Notes under the pieces: generated by a model | Seen by the model: the letters and a program-made list of their open reading frames with translations, nothing else | Told to the model about the DNA's origin: nothing | Database searches by the model: none | In this document: positions 23,217 to 33,767 of the stretch, piece after piece | Numbering within the stretch: the first letter of the stretch is position 1 | How the letters are laid out: each line of letters opens with the position of its first letter | Position numbers and translations under genes: made by a program | Assembly: GCA_024644045.1 (NCBI GenBank) | Contig: JAHELT010000001.1 | Span: 48,209-112,208, forward strand | Reading direction: 5' to 3' | DNA: 64,000 nucleotides | From: Chromatiales bacterium | Lineage (GTDB): Bacteria; Pseudomonadota; Gammaproteobacteria; JAHELT01

Positions 23217-23766
23217 TCAGATGGTGCTGCCGCGGGTGTGGCGCTCGATCAGCTCTATGTTGCGCTTCGGACCGGGCAGGTGCGGATTGACCTCCAGCGC
23301 CTTGCGGAAGGCATTTATCGCGTCGTCCCATTGTTCGCTGTGGAGATAGATGAGCCCGAGGCCGGACAGCGCGCCGAAATGGCGCGGCTCCAGCACCAGC
23401 GTGTGCTTGATGTCGTCGATCGATGCGGCATGCTCGCCCATCAGGTAGAGCACGGTGGCGCGGCGGTTCCACGCCTCGGCGAAATCGGGTGAGAGACTCA
23501 CCACCTCGTCGAACACGGCCAGGGCCTGGTCGAATCGCGCAGCCTGCATGTGGCGCACGCCGCGCAGAAACAGCTCGCGCGCCTTGACGTCGTCAGTCTG
23601 GTACCAGATCTCCCAGATCTGCTGGGTGATGGCTTCGGCTTCCTGCTCGTCGAGGGTGGCGTGCAGCCGGGCAAACAGACCGTCCAGGCGCTCGTCGGTC
23701 TGGTCGGCACTCGGGGCGCCCACCCAACCGCACAGCAGGACGACAACAATCACGACAGCGCGCATA
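23217..23766 (-). CDS. Secreted tetratricopeptide-repeat protein
   Basis: I used only the C-terminal 182 aa of the ORF-track ORF (MRAVVIVVVLLCGWVGAPSA..., with signal peptide and TPR motifs). The upstream part is antisense to eamA. Its stop is 1 nt before the FAD-oxidase ATG. Confidence 0.65.
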
Positions 23767-23991
23767 GCTCGAGTATGGCCGCTCGGCTGCGGCTTGCCAA
23801 GCGCCCGCGGTGGGGCGGGTGCACACGCAGTCAAACGCCGGCGGCATGCAGTAACATGCGCCGTTTGCGGCGTCGGGAGCAGCGTGCGATGGCTTTGGAA
23901 CGAGCCTTGAAACAGCCTGTATGTACCGCGGTGCGTGCAAGGCGCTTTCGTTGTTCCCCGTTGCCTCGGCAGACCAAGGGTTGAGCGCGGG

Positions 23992-24879
23992 ATGAACGGG
24001 GTGCACCTCAAAGACCTTTCATTGCTGCTGTTGCTGGCGTGCATCTGGAGCTCATCGTTCGTGTTGATCAAGGTCGGTGTGCAGACGCTCCCGCCGCTCA
24101 CCCTGGCAAGCGGGCGCATGCTGCTGGCGGCGCTGCTGCTGCTGGCCTTCGCGTTCAGGCAGGGATTCGCCTGGCCGCGCGAGCTGGCCGTGTGGCGCGG
24201 CTTCCTGGTGATCGGCGTGGTCGGCAACGCCCTGCCCTTCACGCTGATCCACCGGGGCGAGCTGACCGTTGAGAGCGGCCTGACCGCCATACTCATGGGC
24301 GTAATGCCGATCGCCACTGCCGTGCTGGCGCATTTTTTTACCCGCGACGAGCCGTTGAACCGGCTGCGCTTCGCCGGGGTGGTGATGGGGCTGGTCGGGC
24401 TGCTGGTGCTGCTCGGCAGGGACGCGGTGGCCGGTCTCGGTGCACACCTGTCCGCGGAGGCCGCCATCCTGTGCGGCGCGCTCTGCTACGCGCTCACCGC
24501 GGTGTATGTCAGGCGGACTGCGCCGCCCTCGGGCACGCTGATGGCCGCGGGATCGCTGAGCGTGGGCGCACTGTGTCTGGTGCCGTTCGCGCTGTGGCTG
24601 GAGCAGCCCTGGCTGCTGCAGCCAAGCGCTGCCTCGCTCGCGGCGATGCTGGCGCTCGGCATTTTCTCCACCGGCCTCGCGGCGCTGCTGTTCTTCCATC
24701 TGATCAGGCAGGTCGGCGCCACGTATTTTTCCCAGGTAAACTATTTGATCCCGGTGCTCGGCGTGGGCTGGGGCTGGGCACTGCTCGCCGAGCAGCCGAC
24801 CTGGCAGGCATGGCTGGCACTCGGCTGTATCCTGACGGGCGTGGTGCTCGTCAACCGGGCACGCGTCCCGGGCCGCTGA
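23992..24879 (+). CDS. DMT-superfamily transporter (EamA-like, 10 TMS)
   Basis: Duplicated EamA domains and hydrophobic helices; the start was taken at the internal ATG (MNGVHLKDLSLLLL). Confidence 0.8.
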   Translation: MNGVHLKDLSLLLLLACIWSSSFVLIKVGVQTLPPLTLASGRMLLAALLLLAFAFRQGFAWPRELAVWRGFLVIGVVGNALPFTLIHRGELTVESGLTAILMGVMPIATAVLAHFFTRDEPLNRLRFAGVVMGLVGLLVLLGRDAVAGLGAHLSAEAAILCGALCYALTAVYVRRTAPPSGTLMAAGSLSVGALCLVPFALWLEQPWLLQPSAASLAAMLALGIFSTGLAALLFFHLIRQVGATYFSQVNYLIPVLGVGWGWALLAEQPTWQAWLALGCILTGVVLVNRARVPGR

Positions 24880-24913
24880 GCCCGGTGACTCACAGGAGGT
24901 CCAACCCATCGCT

Positions 24914-25975
24914 GTGCAATTGGAAAACGTCAATGTCGTCGCGCAGGAGCTGCTGCCGACGCCGCACAACGTGAAGCAGGACCTGCCGGTGTCGGCGGCG
25001 GCGGCCGAAACCGTCAGCGCCGGGCGCACCGCAGTGCAGAACATTCTCGAGCGCCGCGATCACCGGCTGTTCATCGTGGTCGGACCCTGCTCGATCCACG
25101 ACCCGCAGGCGGCACGCGAGTACGCGGGCCGGCTGAAAGCGCTGGCAGACGAGGTCAGCGATACGCTGCTGCTGATCATGCGCGTGTACTTCGAAAAGCC
25201 GCGCACCACGGTCGGCTGGAAAGGCCTGATCAACGACCCGTTCATGGACGACTCCTTTCATATCGAGAAAGGCCTGTACGTCGCGCGCGAGTTGCTGCTG
25301 GAGTTCGCCGAGCAGGGCCTGCCCACGGCCACCGAGGCGCTCGACCCGATCTCGCCACAGTACATTTCCGATCTGATCAGCTGGACGGCGATCGGCGCGC
25401 GCACGACCGAGTCGCAGACGCACCGCGAGATGGCCAGTGGGCTGTCCATGCCGGCCGGCTTCAAGAACGGCACTGACGGCTCGCTCGCGGTGGCGATCAA
25501 CGCACTGCAGTCGGTCGCGCAGCCGCATCATTTTCTGGGCATCGACCAGCAGGGCAAGATCAGCGTCGTGCGCACGCGCGGCAACGCCTACGGGCACGTG
25601 ATCCTGCGTGGCGGCGGCGGGCGCCCCAACTACGACTCGGTGAACATCGCGCTGTGCGAGCAGGCGTTGGAGAAAGCCGGGCTGGCGCGGAACATCGTCG
25701 TCGACTGCAGCCACGGCAACTCGAACAAGGAGTACGCGCTGCAACCGCTGGTCGGCGATGACTGCGTGGGCCAGGTGCTGGAGGGCAACGGCTCGATCGT
25801 GGGCCTGATGCTGGAAAGCAACCTGCAGGCGGGCAACCAACCCATCCCCGCCGATCTCGCCGAGCTTCGCTACGGCGTGTCGGTGACGGATGCCTGCATC
25901 GACTGGCCGACCACCGAGCATGCGATCCGCGAGTGGCGCAATCGCCTTGCCGGGGTGCTCGGCAGCCGCAAGTAG
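24914..25975 (+). CDS. 3-deoxy-7-phosphoheptulonate (DAHP) synthase, class I (AroG/F/H type)
   Basis: 353-aa product with the conserved LLIMRVYFEKPRTTVGWKGLINDP and GARTTESQTHREMASG regions. Confidence 0.93.
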   Translation: MQLENVNVVAQELLPTPHNVKQDLPVSAAAAETVSAGRTAVQNILERRDHRLFIVVGPCSIHDPQAAREYAGRLKALADEVSDTLLLIMRVYFEKPRTTVGWKGLINDPFMDDSFHIEKGLYVARELLLEFAEQGLPTATEALDPISPQYISDLISWTAIGARTTESQTHREMASGLSMPAGFKNGTDGSLAVAINALQSVAQPHHFLGIDQQGKISVVRTRGNAYGHVILRGGGGRPNYDSVNIALCEQALEKAGLARNIVVDCSHGNSNKEYALQPLVGDDCVGQVLEGNGSIVGLMLESNLQAGNQPIPADLAELRYGVSVTDACIDWPTTEHAIREWRNRLAGVLGSRK

Positions 25976-26277
25976 GCAACACCCTGCCTGCGAGCGTGCG
26001 CGAGGCGCGCCGCAGGCGCTGCGCCCGAAAGCGCTGTCCTCGCCTTCTGCTGCACAGCATGGCGTGGCCCCGTGACGGGCCCCGGGTCGGTGTGCGCAAA
26101 ATACCGGCAAACCGCGCTGCTATGCGCTCAAAACGACAATTGGCTTGAGCCTTTACAATACAGTGTGTTAGGGTCTCGGCACTTGTGGGGAGGGGTTGCC
26201 AGACGCGGTAGAAACTCTCCCAAGAAGAGCACGAAGTGCCTGCAGAATATCAACAGAAATTGGTAAGGAGGAGCCTG

Positions 26278-27297
26278 ATGAAGCTCAAATTCACAGTCGC
26301 GATATCGGCGGCGTTCGCCCTCTTGTCGCTGAGCGGCGGAACCCTGGCTGCCACGTTGCAAGATGTCAAAGCCAAAGGATTCGTCCAGTGCGGCGTCAGT
26401 CAGGGCGTACCCGGTTTTTCGAACCCTGACGAATCCGGCAACTGGTCGGGAATCGACGTCGACGTGTGCCGGGCCGTTGCCGCGGCCGTGTTCGGCGACG
26501 CCAACAAAGTCAAATTCAGCCCGCTGTCCGCCAAGGAACGCTTCACTGCGTTGCAGTCCGGCGAGATCGACATTCTGTCGCGCAACACCACGTGGACGCT
26601 GGTCCGCGACACGGCATTGGGCCTGAACTTTGCCGGCGTCAACTACTACGATGGTCAGGGATTTATGGTGCGCAAAGACCTCGGCATCAAAGATGCCAAG
26701 GAACTCGCCGGCGCGTCAGTATGCGTGAACATCGGCACCACGACCGAGCTGAACATGGCGGACTTTTTCCGCACCAACGGCATGGACTACAAGCCGGTGG
26801 TGTTCGAAAAAGCGGACGAAGTGGTCGCCGCCTATGACAGCGGCCGCTGCGACGTGTACACGACTGACCAGTCAGCGCTGGCCGCGCAACGCGTCAAGCT
26901 GAAAAATCCGGATGCGCACATGGTGCTGCCGAATGTTATCTCCAAAGAGCCGCTCGGTCCGGTGGTTCGCCACGGCGATGATCAGTGGCTGGATATCGTC
27001 AAGTGGTCCCTGTACGCGCAACTGGAAGCCGAAGAGTACGGCGTGAACTCCGGCAACGCGAAGAAGCTGAAAGACTCCAAAGATCCCGTCATACGTCGCC
27101 TGCTCGGCGCCGAAGGCGATCTGGGCAGCAACCTCGGACTGTCCAGCGATTGGGCGTACAACATCATCCGCCAGGTCGGAAACTACGCCGAAGTGTACGA
27201 CCGCCATGTGGGTCCGAACACGCCAGTCGGCCTGCCGCGCGGTGTCAACGAACTGTGGAAGAACGGCGGCATTCAATACGCAATGCCAGTACGCTGA
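26278..27297 (+). CDS. aapJ: General L-amino acid ABC transporter substrate-binding protein (AapJ/BztA-like)
   Basis: AGGAGG RBS then ATG. Signal peptide MKLKFTVAISAAFALLSLSGGTLAA; family 3 SBP. Confidence 0.88.
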   Translation: MKLKFTVAISAAFALLSLSGGTLAATLQDVKAKGFVQCGVSQGVPGFSNPDESGNWSGIDVDVCRAVAAAVFGDANKVKFSPLSAKERFTALQSGEIDILSRNTTWTLVRDTALGLNFAGVNYYDGQGFMVRKDLGIKDAKELAGASVCVNIGTTTELNMADFFRTNGMDYKPVVFEKADEVVAAYDSGRCDVYTTDQSALAAQRVKLKNPDAHMVLPNVISKEPLGPVVRHGDDQWLDIVKWSLYAQLEAEEYGVNSGNAKKLKDSKDPVIRRLLGAEGDLGSNLGLSSDWAYNIIRQVGNYAEVYDRHVGPNTPVGLPRGVNELWKNGGIQYAMPVR

Positions 27298-27343
27298 TCT
27301 GAATCCAGCGTAGGCGCGCCCGCTGGCACAGCGGGCGCGCCCT

Positions 27344-28585
27344 TTGTTCGACCGCAAGCCCGATGAGACTGGGGGGGGATTAATCGTGGCTGCTGGACCT
27401 AGCTCACACGTCACCGCCGCACCGCCGGCCCGGCCGCCGGTGTGGAACGACCCGCACTACCGTGCACTGTTCTTTCAGATCCTAGTCCTGGGCGCGGTAA
27501 TCCTCGCCGGCGTCTTCCTCGTCAACAACACGATCAGTAACCTCGAGAGGCAAGGCATCGCTTCGGGATTCAGCTTTCTCGACAAGACCGCTGGTTTCAG
27601 CATAGGCGAAAGCCTGATCGAGTACAGCGAGGAAGATACTTACGGGCGGACTTTTATGGTCGGCCTGCTGAACACCATGCTGGTGGCATTCATCGGCTGC
27701 ATCCTGGCAACAATTCTCGGCTTTATCGTTGGTATCGCACGGCTCTCTAGGAACTGGATGGTGTCCAGGATCGCCACCGTGTACATCGAGACTCTGCGCA
27801 ACATCCCGCTCCTGCTGCAGATCTTTTTCTGGTATTTCGCCGTACTGCGCGCGCTGCCGTCACCCCGCGAGAGTGCTACCTTCGGTGAGTCTTTTTTTCT
27901 GAACAACCGCGGCCTGTCCTATCCGCGGCCGCTTTACGAGGACGGATTCAGTCTCGTTGTGTGGGCGTTCATCGCCGCTATCGCGGCGATCGTTATCATT
28001 GCGCGCTGGGCGAGAAAGCGCCAGGACGCGACCGGCCAGCAGTTCCATACGTTTTATGTCGGCCTCGGTCTCATCATCGGTCTGCCGTTACTGGCAGCCA
28101 TCGTGACCGGCTTTCCGTTGAGCTGGGAATACCCGGTGCTCAAAGGCTTCAACTTCCAGGGCGGCAAGGTGATGTCGCCGGAATTCGTATCGCTGGTGCT
28201 AGCACTGTCCACCTATACGGCCTCGTTCATTGCCGAGATCGTACGCGCCGGTATCATGGCGGTGAGCCACGGGCAAACCGAGGCGGCGTTTTCGCTGGGA
28301 TTGCAGCGCGGGCCGACCTTGCGTTTGGTCATTATCCCGCAGGCCCTGCGCGTGATCATTCCGCCGCTCACCAGCCAGTATCTGAACCTGACCAAGAACT
28401 CATCGCTGGCCGCAGCCATCGCTTATCCGGATCTGGTGCTGGTGTTTGCCGGCACCGCGCTCATGCAGACGGGACAGGCGGTTGAGATCCTGTCGATGAC
28501 GATGGCGATCTACCTGCTGCTGAGTCTGCTCATTTCGGCGTTCATGAACTGGTACAACAAGAAAATGGCTCTGGTGGAGCGATAG
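27344..28585 (+). CDS. aapQ: Amino acid ABC transporter permease (AapQ/BztB-like)
   Basis: ~400-aa permease with the EAA-like motif region. An alternative GTG start at 27386 is possible. Confidence 0.88.
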   Translation: MFDRKPDETGGGLIVAAGPSSHVTAAPPARPPVWNDPHYRALFFQILVLGAVILAGVFLVNNTISNLERQGIASGFSFLDKTAGFSIGESLIEYSEEDTYGRTFMVGLLNTMLVAFIGCILATILGFIVGIARLSRNWMVSRIATVYIETLRNIPLLLQIFFWYFAVLRALPSPRESATFGESFFLNNRGLSYPRPLYEDGFSLVVWAFIAAIAAIVIIARWARKRQDATGQQFHTFYVGLGLIIGLPLLAAIVTGFPLSWEYPVLKGFNFQGGKVMSPEFVSLVLALSTYTASFIAEIVRAGIMAVSHGQTEAAFSLGLQRGPTLRLVIIPQALRVIIPPLTSQYLNLTKNSSLAAAIAYPDLVLVFAGTALMQTGQAVEILSMTMAIYLLLSLLISAFMNWYNKKMALVER

Positions 28586-28587
28586 TC

Positions 28588-29697
28588 ATGGCAGAACAAA
28601 CGCAAAATTACGCACCCGGGGCACACCCGGACCTGCCGCCGCCCCGCTCAGAAGTTGGCGTGATCGGCTGGTTGTACAAGAACCTGTTTTCCACGCCGTT
28701 GAATACGGTGCTCACGCTGGCGTCGCTGTATATTGTTTACCTGCTGGTACCGCCGGTGATCAATTGGGCCATCCTGGATGCCGACTGGATCGGCGACACA
28801 CGCGAAGCGTGCAGCCGCGAGGGCGCCTGCTGGGTGTTCATCAAAGTCTGGTTTAAACAGCTGATGTACGGGCGCTATCCGGTCGAGGAATTGTGGCGCA
28901 TCAACCTGGCGTACATCATCGGGGTGGCGGGTATCGCCGCCTTGCTGATTCCCAGCGTGCCCTACAAAAGCTACATCGGCGCGTTCATGCTGTTCATCTT
29001 TCCAATCGTTGCCTACTTCCTGTTTGTCGGCGATTCATTCGGCCTGATGTGGGTGGAAACGCCGCTGTGGGGCGGGTTGTTCCTGACCTTGGTAATCGCC
29101 ATAACCGGCATTGTGGCATCGCTGCCGATAGGCATAGTTCTGGCGCTTGGCCGCCGCTCGCAAATGCCGGTTGTGAAAGCCTTGTGCATCGCGTTCATCG
29201 AACTCTGGCGCGGCGTGCCGTTGATAACGGTGCTGTTCATGGCCTCGGTGATGTTCCCGTTGTTCATGCCGGAAGGCATGACTTTCGACAAGCTGCTGCG
29301 CGCCCTGATCGGCGTGATGCTGTTCTCCGCTGCCTATATGGCGGAGGTCATCCGCGGCGGCCTGCAGGCGATTCCCAAGGGGCAATACGAGGCAGCCGAG
29401 GCGCTGGGCTTGAGTTTCTGGAAAATGATGGGCCTGATAATTCTGCCGCAGGCCCTGAAGCTGGTCATACCCGGCATCGTGAATACGTTCATCGGTCTGT
29501 TCAAAGACACCACACTGGTGTTGATCATCGGCCTGTTTGACTTTCTAGGCATGTCACAGCTTGCTTCTACGAATCCGAACTGGCTGGGATTTTCGGTGGA
29601 AGGTTATGCGTTCTGCGCGTTTGTATTCTGGTGCTTCTGCTTCGGCATGTCGCGCTACAGCATGCACCTCGAGAAAGAGCTCCATACGGGGCATTGA
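28588..29697 (+). CDS. aapM: Amino acid ABC transporter permease (AapM/BztC-like)
   Basis: 369-aa polytopic permease starting 3 nt after aapQ. Confidence 0.88.
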   Translation: MAEQTQNYAPGAHPDLPPPRSEVGVIGWLYKNLFSTPLNTVLTLASLYIVYLLVPPVINWAILDADWIGDTREACSREGACWVFIKVWFKQLMYGRYPVEELWRINLAYIIGVAGIAALLIPSVPYKSYIGAFMLFIFPIVAYFLFVGDSFGLMWVETPLWGGLFLTLVIAITGIVASLPIGIVLALGRRSQMPVVKALCIAFIELWRGVPLITVLFMASVMFPLFMPEGMTFDKLLRALIGVMLFSAAYMAEVIRGGLQAIPKGQYEAAEALGLSFWKMMGLIILPQALKLVIPGIVNTFIGLFKDTTLVLIIGLFDFLGMSQLASTNPNWLGFSVEGYAFCAFVFWCFCFGMSRYSMHLEKELHTGH

Positions 29698-29727
29698 GTC
29701 GGTAGCGTTTTAACGGAGGTGAGTACC

Positions 29728-30516
29728 GTGGAGGAAGTTGAAGTTTCCCGACACAGCGATAAGGAGATGGTCGTCTCCGAAGACGTGATGATCGAATTGA
29801 AAGCCATGCACAAATGGTATGGCGAGTTTCACGTTCTCAAGAACATCGACCTGACCGTTCACAAAGGCGAGCGCATCGTTATCTGCGGCCCGTCCGGTTC
29901 AGGTAAGTCGACGCTGATCCGGTGCATCAATCGCCTGGAGGAACATCAACAGGGACAGATAATCGTCGAAGGGACCGAGCTGACCGGCGATCTCAAACAT
30001 ATCGAAATCATACGCCGCGACGTTGGTATGCTGTTCCAACACTTCAATCTGTTTCCGCACTTGACCGTGCTGGAGAATTGCGCGCTGGCACCGATCTGGG
30101 TGCGTAAAATGCCGCGTGGCGAGGCCGAAAAGATCGGCATGAAATACCTCGAGCGCGTGCGCATCCCGGAGCAGGCACATAAGTACCCCGGCCAGCTATC
30201 GGGCGGCCAGCAACAGCGCGTGGCGATCGCACGCTCGCTGTGCATGAGCCCCAAGGTCATGTTGTTCGACGAACCGACCTCGGCGCTGGATCCGGAAATG
30301 ATCAAAGAAGTGCTGGACGTGATGGTCGAACTGGCTGAAGAAGGCATGACCATGCTGTGCGTCACGCACGAAATGGGATTCGCGAAAACGGTCGCCAACC
30401 GGGTCATCTTCATGGATGACGGCGAGATCATCGAAGAAAATGAACCACAAGAGTTCTTCAACAACCCGCAGAATGACCGCACGAAACTGTTCTTGAGTCA
30501 GATTCTGCAGCACTGA
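29728..30516 (+). CDS. aapP: Amino acid ABC transporter ATP-binding protein (AapP/BztD-like)
   Basis: Walker [23 protein letters not shown] signature and Walker [15 protein letters not shown] start with a GGAGG RBS. Confidence 0.9.
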   Translation: MEEVEVSRHSDKEMVVSEDVMIELKAMHKWYGEFHVLKNIDLTVHKGERIVICGPSGSGKSTLIRCINRLEEHQQGQIIVEGTELTGDLKHIEIIRRDVGMLFQHFNLFPHLTVLENCALAPIWVRKMPRGEAEKIGMKYLERVRIPEQAHKYPGQLSGGQQQRVAIARSLCMSPKVMLFDEPTSALDPEMIKEVLDVMVELAEEGMTMLCVTHEMGFAKTVANRVIFMDDGEIIEENEPQEFFNNPQNDRTKLFLSQILQH

Positions 30517-30592
30517 TCGCAGTGATCGCGCGCGCCTGCGCGATCGCTGCGGGGCGGACCTCTCAAGCGCTCTGCATAGCAGCCTGACACCT

Positions 30593-31609
30593 ATGTCCGC
30601 GAACCCAGTACTGGTCGACATAATGCGCGGCGAAATGGTCGAAAGCCGCCATCGCGGCGCCGTGGCGTTGGTAAACAACGCCGGTGAAACCTTGCTTGCA
30701 CTGGGCGATATCGACGAGGCGATCTACCCGCGTTCGGCGATCAAACCGCTGCAGACTATCTCTTTACTGGAAAGCGGCGCCGCCAAGCATTTCGGGCTGA
30801 GCGATGCGGAGATTTCACTCGCCTGCGCCTCGCACGGCGGCGAACCGGTACACGTTCAGGGTGTCGAACAATGGTTACACACCCTGTCCCTGGATAACCG
30901 TGATTTGGCGTGCGGTGTACATGCCCCGTTGCATGCCCCGGCCGCAGCGACGCTGATCGCGCAGGGACAATCGCCGTCGGCGGCACATAACAACTGTTCC
31001 GGAAAACACGCGGGGTTTCTTACGCTAGCCCGCCATTGGGATGCTGACACGCGTAGCTACACCACGCGAGATCACCCCACGCAGGTTGCATGGCGCGACG
31101 TACTTTGCGAACTCAGCGACGACGACCTGAGCGTGCGCCCGCACGGTATAGACGGCTGCGGAATACCGGTAGTCGGGTTACCGTTGCGCAACGTCGCTTT
31201 GGCCATGGCGCGCTTTGCTGATCCACGCCAGCTGGGGAAAGTGCGTCGCACTGCGATCGCGCGCATTCAACAGGCTCTAACCACCCAGCCCCTGATGATG
31301 GCGGGCACCGGGCGACTGTGCACCGAGACCATTCGCCTGACGCAGGGACGCGCATTGATCAAGACGGGCGCGGAAGGGGTGTACACCGGGGCGGTGCCTG
31401 CGGCCGGCATCGGTATCGCCCTGAAGATCGATGACGGGCATACGCGCGCCGCCGAGTGCGCCATCGCCACGGTGCTGCGCCGGATAAATGCCCTGGACGA
31501 TGGCGAGTGGCGGCAACTGCAGGCGCTCGCCTGCCCGCCGGTCTTCAACGTTACCGGAAAGCCGGTAGGACGCACGCAGGCTGCCGAGGCGCTGGAGTTC
31601 ACCTGGTAG
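30593..31609 (+). CDS. Asparaginase, Rhizobium-etli-type (Asparaginase_II / class-3 family)
   Basis: 338-aa product; family hallmarks include RSAIKPLQ, CSGKHAGFL and GIDGCGIP. It follows the amino-acid ABC operon. Confidence 0.75.
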   Translation: MSANPVLVDIMRGEMVESRHRGAVALVNNAGETLLALGDIDEAIYPRSAIKPLQTISLLESGAAKHFGLSDAEISLACASHGGEPVHVQGVEQWLHTLSLDNRDLACGVHAPLHAPAAATLIAQGQSPSAAHNNCSGKHAGFLTLARHWDADTRSYTTRDHPTQVAWRDVLCELSDDDLSVRPHGIDGCGIPVVGLPLRNVALAMARFADPRQLGKVRRTAIARIQQALTTQPLMMAGTGRLCTETIRLTQGRALIKTGAEGVYTGAVPAAGIGIALKIDDGHTRAAECAIATVLRRINALDDGEWRQLQALACPPVFNVTGKPVGRTQAAEALEFTW

Positions 31610-31661
31610 CCGGGTAAGCCGGGCACTACTGTGCTGTACACGTTATTTACGGGACAGCGCA

Positions 31662-32807
31662 CTACGTCGACGCCCCGGGCAACTCCTCGCCCGGCCCAGC
31701 GCTCGGCCACGCGTTGATCACGGCCTGCACCAGCGTGGCCAGCGGTATCGCGAAAAACACTCCCCACACGCCCCACAGGCCGCCGAAAAACAGCACCGCA
31801 ACGATGATCGCCACCGGATGCAGGTTGACTACCTCGGAGAACAGCACCGGCACCAGCACGTTGCCGTCCAGAAGCTGGATGATCTGATAAGCCAGCAGCA
31901 GGTACCAGAACTGCGCGGCCAGCCCCCACTGAAAATACGCGATCAGCGCGACCGGAATGGTCACCGCAATCGCCCCCACGAACGGAATGATCACCGAGAT
32001 GCCAACCAGAAACCCGAGCAGCAACGAAAAATTCAGCCCCATCAAGGCGAAGGTCACGTAGGTCACGGCCCACACGATCGCGATCTCGATGAACTTGCCG
32101 CGGATGTAGTTGGCGATCTTCTGATCTACCTCGACCCACACCTGAAACGACAGCTCGCGCTCACTCTCGTGCGGCAGGAACTGCGTTGTCCACTCGACGA
32201 TACGCTTCTTGTCCTTGAGCGAGAAGAACACCAGGATCGGAATCAGGATCACATAGATGGCGATAGTGAAGATGTTCACCGCGTGGGTCAGCGAGAACGA
32301 TACGATCGCCTGCCCCATGGATGTAATGCGTATGCGTATCTGCGCGAATATCTCCTGGATCTGCGGCTCGGTGATCATCGCCGGATACAGCTCGGGCAGC
32401 TTCAGCAGCATTTCCTGAAACCGCGCGGCCATCGTCGGAATCTCGAAAAACAACTGTGTTACCTGGCGCGAGAGGATCGGCACCAGACCCAGAAACAGAA
32501 ACAGGCACAGCAAAACAAACAGCAGCACCACCACGCTGGTCGCCAGCGTGCGCGGGATACGCCATTTCTCGAGCACCGTCACCACGCCGTCGAGCAGATA
32601 AGCAAACAACACGGCGATGAGTACCGGGGCGAGTATGTCCCCGAGCAACAGCACGATCGCCAGCGCGCTGACCAAAAAGATCACCAGGATCACCGCCTGC
32701 GGATCGGAGAAGTTGCGGCGATACCAGGATTTGATGAACTCGATCACGCCCTGACTCCAGCGCTCAAGAACCGACGCGCTCGCGCGCCCGGCAGTAGTCG
32801 CGGGCAA
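31662..32807 (-). CDS. AI-2E family transporter (PerM/YhhT-like)
   Basis: 381-aa, 8-TMS protein with lower GC than its neighbours. Its 5' end overlaps the LysR 3' end by 44 nt, so the true start may be downstream. Confidence 0.8.
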   Translation of the reverse strand: MPATTAGRASASVLERWSQGVIEFIKSWYRRNFSDPQAVILVIFLVSALAIVLLLGDILAPVLIAVLFAYLLDGVVTVLEKWRIPRTLATSVVVLLFVLLCLFLFLGLVPILSRQVTQLFFEIPTMAARFQEMLLKLPELYPAMITEPQIQEIFAQIRIRITSMGQAIVSFSLTHAVNIFTIAIYVILIPILVFFSLKDKKRIVEWTTQFLPHESERELSFQVWVEVDQKIANYIRGKFIEIAIVWAVTYVTFALMGLNFSLLLGFLVGISVIIPFVGAIAVTIPVALIAYFQWGLAAQFWYLLLAYQIIQLLDGNVLVPVLFSEVVNLHPVAIIVAVLFFGGLWGVWGVFFAIPLATLVQAVINAWPSAGPGEELPGAST

Positions 32808-33675
32808 ACTCGAGCAGCTCCTCCATCACGCCGTGGCGGAACTTCTGGCGCTGGCGCACGAACGAGAACGGCCGGGTCAGCGGCGGATCAAGGCTGCGCG
32901 CAATCAGGGTGCCGAGCTTCAGCTCCTTGCCGATGATGGCGCGCGAGACGATGGACACGCCGAGGCCGGCTTCCACCGCTCCTTTGATGGCTTCCGGACT
33001 GCCCAGCTCGAGTGACTTGTTGAGATCGCGTTCGCCGAGCCCATGCGTGATTAGAAAGTTCGAGATCACCTCACGGGTTCCCGAGCCGGCCTCGCGGAAC
33101 ACGAACGGCACGCCGACCAGCTGCTGAACGGCAACCGAGTTGCCGGCGGCCAGCTCCTGTGCCGGATGCGCGATCACCACCAGCTCGTCCATCAGGCAGG
33201 TCTCCACCAGCAGCAGCTTGTTGCTGACGCCACCCTCGACTACACCGAGGTCGATCTCGTTCTCCTCCACCAGATGCACGACGCTTTCGGTATTCGCCAC
33301 GGTGAGGCTGATGCTCATCTCCGGATAGCGTTCCTTGAAGCGGCCGAGCAGGCTCGGCAGCAGGTACTCGGCAATCGTGGTGCTGGCGCCGACCGTCAGT
33401 GCACCGCTCACCTCACCCGTCAACTGACGAACCGACGCCTCCATTTCCTCATAAAGCGCAATTATCCGGTCGGAGTACTCGAAGACGCGTGCACCGGCCT
33501 CGGTCAGGCTGATCTTGTTGTGCCCGCGATCGAACAGGCGCGTATTGAAGTCTTCCTCCAGCTGCCTGATCTGGAAGGTCACGGCCGGCTGCGTCATATT
33601 CAGGGCCTCCGCCGCCTTGGTGAAGCTGAGCAGCCGCGCTACCGCGTGAAATACCTGAATGCGTCGATCGGACAT
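32764..33675 (-). CDS. LysR-family transcriptional regulator
   Basis: N-terminal HTH (MSDRRIQVFHAVARLLSFTKAAEALNMTQPAVTFQIRQLEEDF) and a LysR substrate-binding domain. I took the start at the internal ATG, 33675. Confidence 0.88.
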   Translation of the reverse strand: MSDRRIQVFHAVARLLSFTKAAEALNMTQPAVTFQIRQLEEDFNTRLFDRGHNKISLTEAGARVFEYSDRIIALYEEMEASVRQLTGEVSGALTVGASTTIAEYLLPSLLGRFKERYPEMSISLTVANTESVVHLVEENEIDLGVVEGGVSNKLLLVETCLMDELVVIAHPAQELAAGNSVAVQQLVGVPFVFREAGSGTREVISNFLITHGLGERDLNKSLELGSPEAIKGAVEAGLGVSIVSRAIIGKELKLGTLIARSLDPPLTRPFSFVRQRQKFRHGVMEELLEFARDYCRARERVGS

Positions 33676-33767
33676 AGGTTTACCGGCAAACGAGTGGAGA
33701 TAGTAGCAGGTCGCCGGTATCACATAAACAAACCTTATAGCCCGCCGCAGCCGGCGACCGGTTAAAG

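Noticed and set aside
31662-32807. Lower GC of the AI-2E transporter gene as evidence of horizontal acquisition
   Set aside because: Polytopic membrane proteins are routinely lower in GC (Leu/Ile/Phe-rich). The flanks are core genes with no mobility signatures.
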